A model generated the notes under the pieces. The model had not been told where the DNA came from and made no database searches. It saw only the letters and a program-made list of their open reading frames with translations. Below, piece by piece: positions 28,070 to 40,832 of a DNA stretch of 64,000 nt. The DNA is from Chrysomallon squamiferum (Eukaryota; Animalia; Mollusca): assembly GCA_012295275.1 (NCBI GenBank), contig CM022672.1, forward strand, positions 2,232,001-2,296,000. Reading direction: 5' to 3'. Both the position numbers and the translations under genes were made by a program. Every line of letters begins with the position of its first letter. Within the stretch, counting starts at the first letter, position 1.

Positions 28070-28171
28070 TATGAGCTGTTAGAGCAGATTACAAAGAAAC
28101 TAGGTAGGTATGTGAGAACACTTTGAAAATGACACTAAGATCTCTTTGATAATCTGCTCTAACAGGTCATA
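28070..28171. repeat. Inverted repeat / mini-MITE with ~28-bp arms
   Basis: TATGAGCTGTTAGAGCAGATTACAAAGA (28070-28097) versus the reverse complement of 28143-28171, TATGACCTGTTAGAGCAGATTATCAAAGA. Confidence 0.8.
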
Positions 28172-28458
28172 GAAAATCAAGGATTGAAGCGCGAGATGAA
28201 ATGGTTCGAAGTTTAATCGGAATAAAATTTGCGGGTATCTTTACCTTCACGGTCTACCGAGGAACTGATTCCTTTCTGTCATTTTGCAGCATAAACACCA
28301 ATTATCTTCATATAGTTTTGACCCACTATTCCTGTATTTTGTGTCAAAATGAAGCTTTTTTTTTTTACCGTCTTCTAAAGATGTACTGTAGTTTTAAGCA
28401 AGTAGCTAATACTCATGAATTTTAATTAATTAATTAATCGACAGTCATAAAGCGCCGT

Positions 28459-28472
28459 TGACGTCACGTGAC
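28459..28472. promoter_or_regulatory. Overlapping CRE (TGACGTCA) and USF/CLEAR-type E-box (GTCACGTGAC) in a CpG-rich patch; candidate NXPE promoter
   Basis: TGACGTCACGTGAC in locally CpG-rich DNA between the divergent ferritin and NXPE genes. Confidence 0.4.
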
Positions 28473-29269
28473 TTGAACTGACTTGTTATTATCGACCATC
28501 CGAAACGCGAGCTTGGCGTATGCAATTTTTCGGAAACACCGAATCGCAACCACACAATTTGACGAAATCAAGCGCCTTAGTAGTTAGTAAGCAGATCTAT
28601 AAGGAGAAGTTATTTTGACTGAAGAATTTACCCAGGATTTCTCCAATGACTGGTGGTGACTTTGCTGAGGTTTCTAGAACGATTTCTTTCATCAAAACTT
28701 TCATAAATTTCTTCTTGATCAGTAATAAAAAAAAAGAAAAAAAAGTGAGGTTGTAGCAACATGTGTGTAACACGTCATCAAACTAAGTTTAAACATATTT
28801 TTCCAACGGACCGACAGAAAGGAATGTTTGAAGACCGCACTGTACTGACGCTGTGACTCTTGCGACCACCCATCAGAAATCGGGTAGAAATCTCGCGAGA
28901 GTCAACTGGGTTTGTTTGCATTAACGTAAACAAAGTGTGTCGTAACAGGCAAGTTCGGATTACACCCGCTATTTCTAACGAGAAATTCAATTCATTATGA
29001 AAAGGAAATATTGTATTGTTTTTTAACAGCTGGGTCAGTTTTGAGTGTATGGATATATATGAATAATATCAGGTAAGTTCAGTTACAATATATTAATATT
29101 ATACAGCAGTGAACAGTATCAGGTGTAATTATTTCACGCTTGCCAACGGGATATATGGAAACACCCATAATTATATTAGATATCATCCGAAGCAATACTT
29201 ATAGCAAAACATTTTAATCTTTTATTTTATTTTATTTTATTTTATTTTATTTTATTTTGTTAATTATTA

Positions 29270-29302
<33 letters not shown>

Positions 29303-29529
29303 CATTTTGTTATTACGATTTTTTGCTAGGGCTAATATAGAAAAAAATGAAATTGTGTAATAAAGCCTCTTTGCTAGCTTCGTGGCCACAAAGGAGTCAT
29401 GTACCGCCTTTCAAAATTTCTCTTGGCTGCCCCGATGATAGTGATACTAAATATTTAAAATGTAGGTCACTTTGTAAGGCCATTATTTAGCTGACTGTAT
29501 CATGGCATCTACAAATATTTTTCAGTTAC

Positions 29530-29568
<39 letters not shown>

Positions 29569-31084
29569 TTTTTTTTTTTTAGAATTTTCAGGTTCAAGTG
29601 TTTATTCAGATCATTTTGTGCCGAATTCACCTTTAAAACATGAAACAGATACAGAGCATGCATTCCAAAATGTAATACCAGCTGAAATTAAGATCTCTCT
29701 GAAAAAGAAATTCATTTAGTTAGGAAATTGGTATTAGATAAAAAATGTTCTCAAATAAATGGAAAATAAATGTGTGGAAAAATTGTGGAAAATTTGTTCA
29801 GGACTTTATTAATATTGTTTTGGGGTTTACTGTTGTAATAACTGATTCAGAAAGGGATGTCTTTATTAAAAGATAGCTATATCACAAAGTGTCACAACCA
29901 CACAACTGTATTAAAATGACTGTAAAATAAAAAGCAAAAAACTCATTTAAGTCATTAACTCGAAAATTTAGAAGGGATTATTATAAAATGAGAACTAACA
30001 GGCTGTTAGATAGATGCCATATGTAATAATAATGAATATTCCAAAGTATTGAAAGGAGTTTCAAATTATTTTTAAAAAACCTTCATGTCCTTTTTTCCCA
30101 TTTGTTTCTCATATTTATGCTCTTTATTTAATGCTCCGTTTAATTCAGGTAATGTTACTAGTCATGGACTGATGGGCATTTCATTCCACTTCATAAACAA
30201 GGTGACTTAGAAATGCAAAATAATATGATAGACAAGATATCTGTTTTATGCATAAATATTTACAATCATGTTCTACTTTAAAACCTTCTCATTTTTTCAA
30301 TAATTTTCTATAAATTAATATTACCTGTTTTACAATAAAGGTGTGAAATACAGAGTTTTATTCAAGGATTGTCACTGAAAGGTTAAAATTTTGTAAAAAA
30401 TAATTTTATATATGATCAACTAGTTAGATTTCCTAAATTATATCATAGACAATGCTGAGTTGTTAAATTTTGATTGAAAATTGCAAACATAAATTTCCAA
30501 AAATATGTTTGTATGGTTAGGGATATATATTTTTTTGTTACCTAATAAGAGTAATTGGGATGTACAAAATCTGTTTAAAAATGATACTGGTTGAATCAAG
30601 GTATATAGGGGATGATAAAGGTGTTTTTGTTGTTACTTCAATAAAGGTTAAAAGATAGTTTAGCCACAGGGATTGCAAGACCAGTCAAATAACTCTGCAG
30701 GATCCTTATTATAAAGAGATATTTCTGTTTTATTGTAAAACTCATTCAGATTGTTTTTATGTGGAGAAAAGCAGAGGAGTTTTAATAAGATAGTCTGTTT
30801 CAATGCACTGGTTGATGTCAGGAAAGACCCAACCCAACTTTGATGGAAAATCATAAAAATTACAGACTTGTAATTGTACCTTTTTTTTTTAACACCTTTG
30901 AGAAAAGGTTGTGTTCTTAAATATTATGTTAGTAAAATTTATACAATTATTAAACAGCAGAAATAAAAATTTAATAAGAAAGTCAGATGCAATTTGTTAT
31001 AAAGTGTTTGAAAAAAGAAACATTATTTTGTTTAGCTTAGGATCTTTACTAACAATAAAAACAAATATAATAAATATATTACTA

Positions 31085-32801
31085 ATGAAGATATGGGGTA
31101 GTTGGGGTAAACTTACTATTTTTGTTTTATAGTGTTATTTGTGTTATTTATGTCACTAAGCTGTGTGTATATAACGTATGTGTATGTGTTTTGTCAATGG
31201 CCCATGACCTATAGTAGATAAAAGCATCTAGTTATCTTTGTCATTGCGTTTTGATCTTACAAAATATAAATATAGTTAAATTATACTTATAATATCATTC
31301 AAGTGCTTATAAGTATATATTTTTTTTTTATAAGACTGTTTAAATTTTCTGCTTAATAAATATTAAAAAAAAGCATTTTTCAGTAAGTCAACTTGTTTTA
31401 TCAATTACTGCTCAACATAAAATCATTATTTAATGCCACTATATATTTCATGAATAATATTTGTTTATGTTCATTTTTACCACACTTTAAGACTTTATGT
31501 GCTATTTACAGATGAATAAATTTGGCAGTTCATAGATGAACACTGTAATTATGTAAATTTTCATGAATAAGTTGAAACTGGCCTGATAATCTCCTAGTGT
31601 TTGTAGATGATTGTATAATTCACATATTAACTCTTTACACTGAATTCCATACATCTTTCATTGGGGGTTCAGCAGTGAAATTTCATTCTCTTTTTGTTGT
31701 TACTGTATTACTTAATTGTTTTTGTTAACAAATATTTAATAGTTTAAAATTTTCAGTTTTCCTGAATGGGACATTTCAGCAAACATTTTCCAAAAAAACC
31801 ACCAGGATCACCCATCCACTTCTGAATTGATGTCACACTGTTTTGATGTTTATGAACTAGATCCAGTGAAGCCTGCTTCGGTTTTAAATTCTCAGATGGT
31901 TTTGCTGATAAATAACAAAACGTCCTTCAGACTTGGAGACAGCATTGAGGTGAAGATAATTCTTCGAGATAAGAAGGGACAAGCCAAATCATTTGGTGGG
32001 GATCAAGTGAGAGTCTGGATGGTAGAAACATCCAAGAAAGCGAGTGTGGCAGGATTCGTTGTTGATCATGGGAATGGTTCTTATACGGGGCATCTTAAAG
32101 CACTGTGGGTAGGAAATCCTGTTATTCGTTCCTCCATTGCTGCCAGTTGCGAGGCAATTGGAATAAGGCATCATGCACTGAAGGTGCCAGGAAAAATGAA
32201 AGGGTTGCGTGGGATTTTCAGAATGGGACCGTTAACTGAAGAAACTGATTGTGGACCAGTTGTTGATTTCAGAGGAAAGAAATTTTGCAATTTCACAGCT
32301 GAAAATTATGGTCTACCTTGGTACTGTATGCGACCGCAAAATAGAAGTTTAATGTGTCAAGACTGGGTGGAGATTCAAGGCTCTTATCAGTTTCAATTTA
32401 CCAAAGAAGAGCAAGTTATAATGAAAGGGTAAATATTATTTGATTTTTTTTACTGGCTGTTAACTGTTAATAGATGAAGAGTATTTTCTTCAGGGGCACA
32501 TTAGTAACATAAATGCATGTTTTTATAAATAATAAAACTGAAACCATTACATACCCAGATGTAATATGTCTATCTTTATATATATATATTTCCAGCTTCA
32601 TTGGATTTCCAGCTTCATCATTGTCACATGACTGTTTTATAAAACAAAATGAAAAATGTTTTCTTTAAAAAAATATAATGGAATAAAAATAAATGAACCA
32701 AAAATAATGAAATTTTCTTAATTATTTTGTGTATATCATATTATGTAAGTACATATTTGGACATGTACATATGTATGTATTATACATTTATACATGTGTT
32801 T

Positions 32802-32857
<56 letters not shown>

Positions 32858-34113
32858 CATGTGTGTGTGTATTTTATTTGCAAATTGATTATGATAAGGA
32901 CATAACATTCATATATCAATGGCTCATTAATATAAAAATTATTAATTTAATTTCAGACATAATATACTGAAACAAGAATTACAAATTACAGTCACTAGTA
33001 AAGGTAAATGTTTTCTGTTTACCACAAGTTTATAAATTCATATCACTATTGTTATCTTCATCATCACATAAATAAAAAGCAATGTTTGATATGTGGTATA
33101 AATGATATTTCTTTCAAATTCTTATTTCAACCGACAGAGCTCAAGCTACTGATTTTTTTAAAAAAAACATGCTTTTTGCTTTTTCAAAGTGTAATTAAGT
33201 TTCTGAATGTCAATGAATTCAGTCAGAATATGTTTTGATCTTTAAATAAGATATGATTAAAAAAAATAATAAAAAAAATAAAGCATAAAGTATCCTGTGT
33301 ATATTGAAGTAATTAATATTTTGACTGTTTGTTTCAGATAAAAAGACTCATGTAGAGCCTCCTGGGACAGCATGTAATAGATTTCCTAGGAAGGAAACAT
33401 GGTTTTTGAAATCTCCAGTCGGCTTTTTCTTCCAGGACCAGTGGCTGTCTACTTATTGTTCCAGCTCCATTCCGGATTCCACAGACAAGTATAAAGAGTG
33501 TCTTCAAAACCGCCACATACTCTTTCTAGGTGATTCTACCTCGCGACAGTGGCTCGAATATTTAGAAAAAACACTTCGGTTTACTCGTATCACAAAGTAT
33601 TTCCATCACAGGCCGCTGCTGACAGAAGAAAAATCACACAATATATCAATGTTCTGGGCACCCCATGGGTATCCTTTTCTGCATCTTCATTTTCCCAACA
33701 ACAGAGGTTTCATGAAAGCAGTGCACAAATATTTAGATGTGATTCCAGCAGGTTCTGATGACATCATCATCATTAATTTATATCTGCATTTTCATGTGTA
33801 CCCTCCAGGTATTTTAAGACATCATGTGAAGTCAGTGGTGCAGTCTGTTAAGAGTTTGCTCGACCGTTCACCTAAAGTAACAGTTGCATTCAAAGGTGCA
33901 CACGCTTTTCATGATGAGAGAATATTCATGGATGATTCCTGGGCATCATTTTACAAAATGATTATTGACACAGAATTCGCTCCAGTACAAGATAAGGTGA
34001 TTTACATAAACTGCTGGGATATAACAGTTTGCACTGAAAATAGAGGATTTCACAATTCAGTGAAGCTTGACAAGGAAATGATTCACACTGCTTTGAGTCA
34101 TATATGCAGATAG
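31085..34113 (+). CDS. NXPE family (neurexophilin/PC-esterase, SGNH-type) type II membrane protein, ~528 aa
   Basis: Exons 31085-31175 (TM anchor, needs +1 nt near 31119-31128), 31757-32428 (GGDQVRV..VVDHGNGSY..GLPWYC), 32957-33003, 33338-34113 (CLQNRHILFLGDSTSRQW..HGYP..NCWD..FH). The Ig-like N-domain and GDS motif are typical of NXPE proteins. Confidence 0.88.
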
Positions 34114-34838
34114 ATTATATTTCAGGCCATTTGCACTGTTACAATCTGGGTATTATGCTATAGTAAATAATATGGGTTTAGACTTTATCTCTGTTATTTT
34201 ACCTCCTTGTTATTTTCTCTTAAGGAACAAACTCGTTATATTTGACCACTGAAGTTTTGACTAATGAATCTGAGAACTATTTTGGAAACAATTAAAAATG
34301 TTGTCCTACCCTGTCTAGTATCCACAGAACATTAAGTAAGACAAATGTTTTTTGTCTCTTCAATAGAATTTAGCATAGTTTTTCAAGAAGGCAGATGAGG
34401 AAAATAAAAAAATAGAAATTCTGGCAACATGCTGAAAGAGCATAGGATAAAAAAAGGTTATATGACTGTAGTTTGGAAGTGAGTTTATTTATATTGATGT
34501 TTTATTTTTCTGTCAGTGTTTTGTATTTTTCTCTGTGTAGGTCATGTGCTAATATATTAATATTTACTAACAGCTGCTAAATAAAATGTTACCACTAAAA
34601 AAATTAAAAAAATTAAGGAATTCCAAGGGAAATTTAATTTTCTTTATTATAAATTTTAAACTTTGATATCTTTACAATTAAATTGTTTCTCTTTGATTTC
34701 TTGCTTTTTTATATAAAGAAAGACACACACACACACACACACACACAAAAAACACACACATTATGCATGTATGTATACTATATTCTTAACTGCACATAAT
34801 CATCACAAAATGCAAATTCTGAAAACTTTTATTCAGTG

Positions 34839-34976
34839 TAATGTCACCAAAATAATAACATATCATATAAAAAGTAATTCTCAATTCTAGATTAAAATGG
34901 CCTATAAAATAATGTCACCAAAATAATATATCATATAAAAAGTATTCGCAGTTTTAGATTAAAATGGCCTGTAAAG
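34839..34976. repeat. ~70-bp tandem duplication
   Basis: TAATGTCACCAAAATAAT..TATCATATAAAAAGTA..TAGATTAAAATGGCCT.TAAA occurs twice. Confidence 0.8.
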
Positions 34977-35161
34977 AAACAAACAGAAATTCTGACAGTG
35001 CACACCTTTGCTGATTTATTTAAATGATAAATTTTCCACAATATTCAGTACATTTACAAGGAAATTTCAATACAGTTAAAACTAAAAATGAAACCATGGA
35101 GATCCCCTGTCTAAAACATTAATAAAATATCCATAGCCATTCTGTCTTCTTTAAACAGTTC

Positions 35162-35257
<96 letters not shown>

Positions 35258-35519
35258 TAATAATAATAAAACATTAAGAAGCATAATGATAATGATATTC
35301 AAAATGTATGTAATTCATGTGTCTATGTGTGTGTGTTCATAATATGTTTTTCAGAATTCAGAACAGCTTATTCTTGACTGTAGCTTATTTTTTTAAATAC
35401 TGTTGTGGAAGGAATTCTATAATTTTAACTTCTGATGATTCTAAATTTACATAGCTCTTAACTGGCTTCTTATATTAATTTTAGACCACACACACACATA
35501 TATGTGTGTATGTGTGTGT

Positions 35520-35580
<61 letters not shown>

Positions 35581-35747
35581 TGTCATTATCATCATCATTA
35601 TCATTATCAAATTCATAATCTTATTATTATCATTACTTAAATAAATAAATAATTTTTCTCCTCTGTTTGCTCTGTGAAAACGACACAAATCTTGCCACCT
35701 TCATGTAGGTTAGAAATGTTTTTAGCAGTTTGTACCTGAAAACACCG

Positions 35748-38134
35748 TTAATGTATTTTCATGCCTCCTGATTGCGGCACGCGAATATTAATCTTATAAC
35801 GATCGCCATTCGGTAGCTCTATATAATCGGCCATGGTGATGGTAACCACCATCGTCCAGTCTACGTGGTGATCTGCTGGTTTGTTGTTAGAAGAAGCGTG
35901 GTTTTTCACCGACGGCGCTGAAATTGAAATACAGTTATTTAATGAACATATTTCTCATTGTCCGAGAATTTATTAATTTTTAATTTTTTGCTCATTTTAA
36001 AATTCGCAAAAAAAAAAAAAAAAAAAAAATAAATTAAAATAATAATAATAATAAAAGCAAATAAAAAACCACACACACACACACACACGCACACACACAC
36101 ACACACACACATACACACACACACACAAAACAAACACCAATACTTATACTAATAATAACTAATAAAGGAAGGCGATAATTTAATAAACAAAGCACTCAAC
36201 ACATTTTATTTTATTTTGCGTATGAATACGGACAACTCAGAATCCCGCTGGCGCGACACCACGGAGTACACGTTTCCAGTAGCAAAAAAAGATCTTTTAT
36301 ATGCACCATCCCATAGACAGCATAGTACATAGTACTGGTTTTGAGGAGAACTGTTATTTGAGGTATCACTAAAGCTGAAAATGTAGGTTCAGTGTGTTCA
36401 CTGTAAGATTGTTGTAACTGCTCGTTTAATTCAGAAAATATTTAAAAACAAATCCGCATTTGATTTTGTGGATTTGGCTTTCTTCAGTTATCTGTTTTGG
36501 CAGTTCTATACTTCCAGCAGAACTGTGCGGCGGATCTTTTGACTCTTTGAACACGAATGTTTTAGCCGCGTGTATATTGGTTAAAACAGTCGTATTTTGT
36601 AAACTGAAATGAGGAAATATTCTGATGTGCGCGAAACCAGTTCAGCGGGTCTTTACCCGCTCATCTAAGAGGGAACATTGAAGACAGCAGGAACAGAATA
36701 ACTAACAACATGATAGCAGAAGTGAGATTGCAACTAACAGAAGTCGTAGCAGAGTTACAAATACAAGTAATAACAGTATTATTTATAGAAGTAAGAATAC
36801 TGCAAATAAAACGTCGTAATAATACCGCTACTAACAGAAGGAATATTAGTGCTGCTAATACTAGCAGAAGTTTTATCAGAATAGTAGTGTCAGTATTCTG
36901 TAGAGGTAGCTATTTTTTTTTTTATAATTTAAACTGGCTAGTTGTGAATTTGGTTCTCTTCTAGTACTTGTTTTACAAATTTAATTGCATTAAATAACGC
37001 AAATGATAACTGAAGACAAAGGATTTAGTGAAGAAGTGGATTAAACAAAAACATGCTTGTGTGTATGTAAATAAAGACATATACGTACAGATGTATACAC
37101 CATAGTTAAACACGTCGTAAAGATAGTGCTACTGAAATAACAGCATTGACCACAAAAACACAAATCATATAAATAGTGTATTTTCACAGAAAGCTAATGC
37201 ACAAAAAATAATTGTCTGGTGTGTAGGCTTATTGCTATTTCTCAGCTGGAGTTAGATCCACTAAAACTCGTATAAGAAACTGCTGTATGTTGTTTGCTCC
37301 AGTAGGTATCTCTGCATCATAGGGACTCAATTCTGCATCGACACGGAAATCTAATAAGAACACAGCCAATTAATTAGTGGATATTCTATGTATTTATTTA
37401 TTTATTTAGAAAGCATTCTACTCTTCTTATTAATATTGAGCGTGCAAAACGTGATGGTCACACAAAAGACAACAACATCGATAGTGTACCGCAGTACAGT
37501 TACCTTCTAGAACAGTTACAACAACAAGAGTAAGTTATTACTGCTGTCACTACTGTAACAATAACAAACTGTATTATTACTACTGCTTCTATTAATACAA
37601 CCACCGCAACAACAATACTGCTACTGTTGCTGCTGCTGCTGCTACTACTATTACCACGACTACGTCTACTACTACTATTATTACTACTTGTACTGCTACT
37701 AGAGTCAGTATGACTTTACTACTACTGCTTCTACTACTTCAACACTAGAACTAATAATACTATAGCAACTATGAACAACACACTTGTTGTGACAGCCTCA
37801 CATCCCCGCAAGCTGTGCTTTGTCTCTGCTATTATTACTATACAAATCAAATATAATTATGCTCCTATCGACTCACTTAAAACCTAAGTGCATTAAAATA
37901 TATTTTAACGCGATGTAATAACTTCTGAAGCAAGTATCTTACAAAAAAATGTTACTTTAAGTATAAAATGTGATGTTCCCAGTAAAACTGTGCATGTCTA
38001 CGAATTGTAATAAAGACATAAAGAAAACAAAAACAGTAATAAGTGAAACGCCCAAGGAGAAGACAACGAAAGAAAGAGCAGTCGATACACCAACGTCACA
38101 ACACTAGTTATCAATAAACAGTACCAGTTTTTAT

Positions 38135-38230
<96 letters not shown>

Positions 38231-38526
38231 AACTGTAAATTATATAATTACCTGATTCTATATATCCTTTTAAAATGATAAAATAGTTTTGACTGTCCGC
38301 TTGAGCAAGTACATATGTATATATTTACGATATTCCACTGATCTCTCTGCTTCATTAAAATTTAAAATTACATATTTATAATAGTAAGTTATAAAGTTAG
38401 ATCTATACATTAAAGAAAGTAAATAATCGGATCACCTGATTCTACGGATCTGCGAACTGGGGCTGCTTGTATCATTATTGTTAAGACAGCCAAACACAGA
38501 ACAAGCTGGAACATTGTCTTTTCCAT
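35748..38526 (-). CDS. Small orphan secreted protein/peptide precursor (not in ORF track)
   Basis: Signal exon 38526-38436 MEKTMFQLVLCLAVLTIMIQAAPVRRSVES (acceptor CCTTTTAG, donor GTGAT, phase 1). Possible 15-nt microexon 38266-38252. Phase-1 exon 37350-37235 DFRVDAELSPYDAEIPTGANNIQQFLIRVLVDLTPAEK*. Phase-1 exon 35917-35748 APSVKNHASSNNKPADHHVDWTMVVTITMADYIELPNGDRYKINIRVPQSGGMKIH*. Upstream exon ends at 39413 (GTAAGT donor), with TATAAAA on the minus strand near 39711-39717. Confidence 0.65.
36185..36340 (-). mobile_element. Degenerate SINE-like interspersed repeat, copy 2
   Basis: Minus strand TATGTACTATGCTGTCTATGGGATGGTGCATATAAAAGATC...AAATAAAATGTGTTGAGTGC is homologous to 16180-16425. A third fragment lies near 56165-56205. 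Confidence 0.6.
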
Positions 38527-38631
38527 CTCTAAAAGGAAAATGTCCAGTATGTTTCATGGTTAGATATTACAATATAATATTATGAAGTGTATAAACGTGG
38601 AACAAATATTAACAACAGCAACAACAACAAT

Positions 38632-38664
<33 letters not shown>

Positions 38665-38976
38665 AATAATAATAATAATAATTATTATTATTATTATTAC
38701 TATTATTATAATGAAAATGATGCTATTGATAATAAGGCTGATGATGATCATACACTATTGATACAATATCGACTTTTTCAGGTATCTTTTTCATTTATAG
38801 TATTTGTTTTATAATTGTCAAAACATTATCTCGGAATATTTTATGTAGAATAATATATAAATATATTTTTGTATGTTTATACAAAAGAAATTCTATCAAA
38901 ACTTAATTTCGATAAAAAATAATATATATATATATATATATATCAGGACCAAATACAAAGAACCAAATAAAAAAAA

Positions 38977-39015
<39 letters not shown>

Positions 39016-40447
39016 ACATCAATATGCAAGAGAAGTAAATAGATGTAACAGAGAAATAACAAAAGAAATAAAACAAAATAACGAAACCATTAACAGAAAC
39101 TGTTTTTTTTTTTTTTTTTAAAAACCCCGACAAAACGAAATAAATTGAATGAATTGACGTCAAAATTAAAATTGCTTTCTAAAATCAAAACTGTATTGTG
39201 AAAAACGGAAACTGAAATCAGCAGCTATAAGAAAGTCTTACCAGATCAAGGAGAAGAGTTTAGTCTTTCTTTATTAAAATAAAAATCGTGATTCATTTGT
39301 ATTTTCTTGTTTTTGTTTTTCTTACCATCAAGTCGTAAAACAAACGGTTAAAAAACAAATATATCCCCTCACAACTTACAATTTTTAGTAATAAACACTT
39401 TGAAGAACTTACCACAGAATTTGAAATTCAGAATATGACAAGTGAGAGAGCTTAGTTCGGACAGCGCTTCTGGGTGATTGAAATATGTTCGTTGTTGGCA
39501 AGATGTACTTGCTCAAACGGACAGTTAAACCCTTCTCGCTATGACAGATAAAGTGCCAGTGTGTAACAGCGGTTTCAGCGAGGAAACATCCTACGACTAT
39601 GTAGGAAAAATACCGTAAAGTGAACATAACTGCGTAAATGGGCCCCGGCGATCGTTTATTAGTTTTCTTCCGCACCTCACCTTTAAGAGATTTAAAGGAA
39701 GATGGCAAAGTTTTATAAATAGGTTTTTATGCAGTGCAAGATGGATGTTAATAAATAGCAAAAAAAAAAAAAAAAAAAAAAATTTCCCTAAAACAAAATC
39801 TAAAATAAAATAAAAAAAAAAGAAGAGGAAAAAAAGAAGAACTATTCTCATGATTCGTTTACCATATAATGATATAAATTCAAATTCAAAAAAGTATATG
39901 GCTTTCTCTCTGTCTGTTTCGGAAATCTCCATGTCTAGCTTTCTGTGAAAATCTGTCTGTCACTCTCTGACTGATATTTAGGAAGTATGGTATATTTACT
40001 ATATCTATTTTTAAACAAATTATTCCCTTTTTTTTTTTTGGTTGTTTTTTTTGTTTCGTTTCGTTTTGTTGTTGTTGTTTTGTCTTATAAAAAGTATTAA
40101 CATTATTACAGTATCCTTCAATAGCTTTAAAACTCGTTGATTTTATTATATAATTACAGTTACACATACTGAGATCAAACTCGGAGAAAACAGCTGCACT
40201 ACAGCTGTCAAACATTTTGACACGACTGTAGCAGAAATATCGTGCTTTACGACAATAAGGCGCAATATTTCTATCATACACCAACGCAATCGCATTCAGA
40301 TAAACGTGGTAGACAAGAGAAGAAATGTTTATCTGTGTGTTCTGTCACTGCTGACATCTACAACAAAGAGGTGTAACTGAAAGGTCAGATTCTGTGCATC
40401 TTCATTAAGTGAAACGTGATATATACTGATACTGTTGTGATAAAAAG

Positions 40448-40542
<95 letters not shown>

Positions 40543-40756
40543 ACAGAACAGACAAATAAACTATCTCGTGAACAAATACACAACTGCCGAAAGACAAATA
40601 TATATTAACTTAGAAACACAGACACGCAAGACAATCTTCCCCGTGAACAAAGGCAAAGACTCATACACTCTTTCTCTTTCTCACACGTACAAAAATAAAG
40701 TCATGAAGAAATCTTTCTTCTTCTCTCTCTCTCTCTCTCTCACTCCCTCTCCCTCC

Positions 40757-40832
<76 letters not shown>

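Noticed and set aside
36425-36603. Additional minus-strand exon of the peptide gene
   Set aside because: Open only in a phase incompatible with the phase-1 signal exon, and lacks the shared motif.
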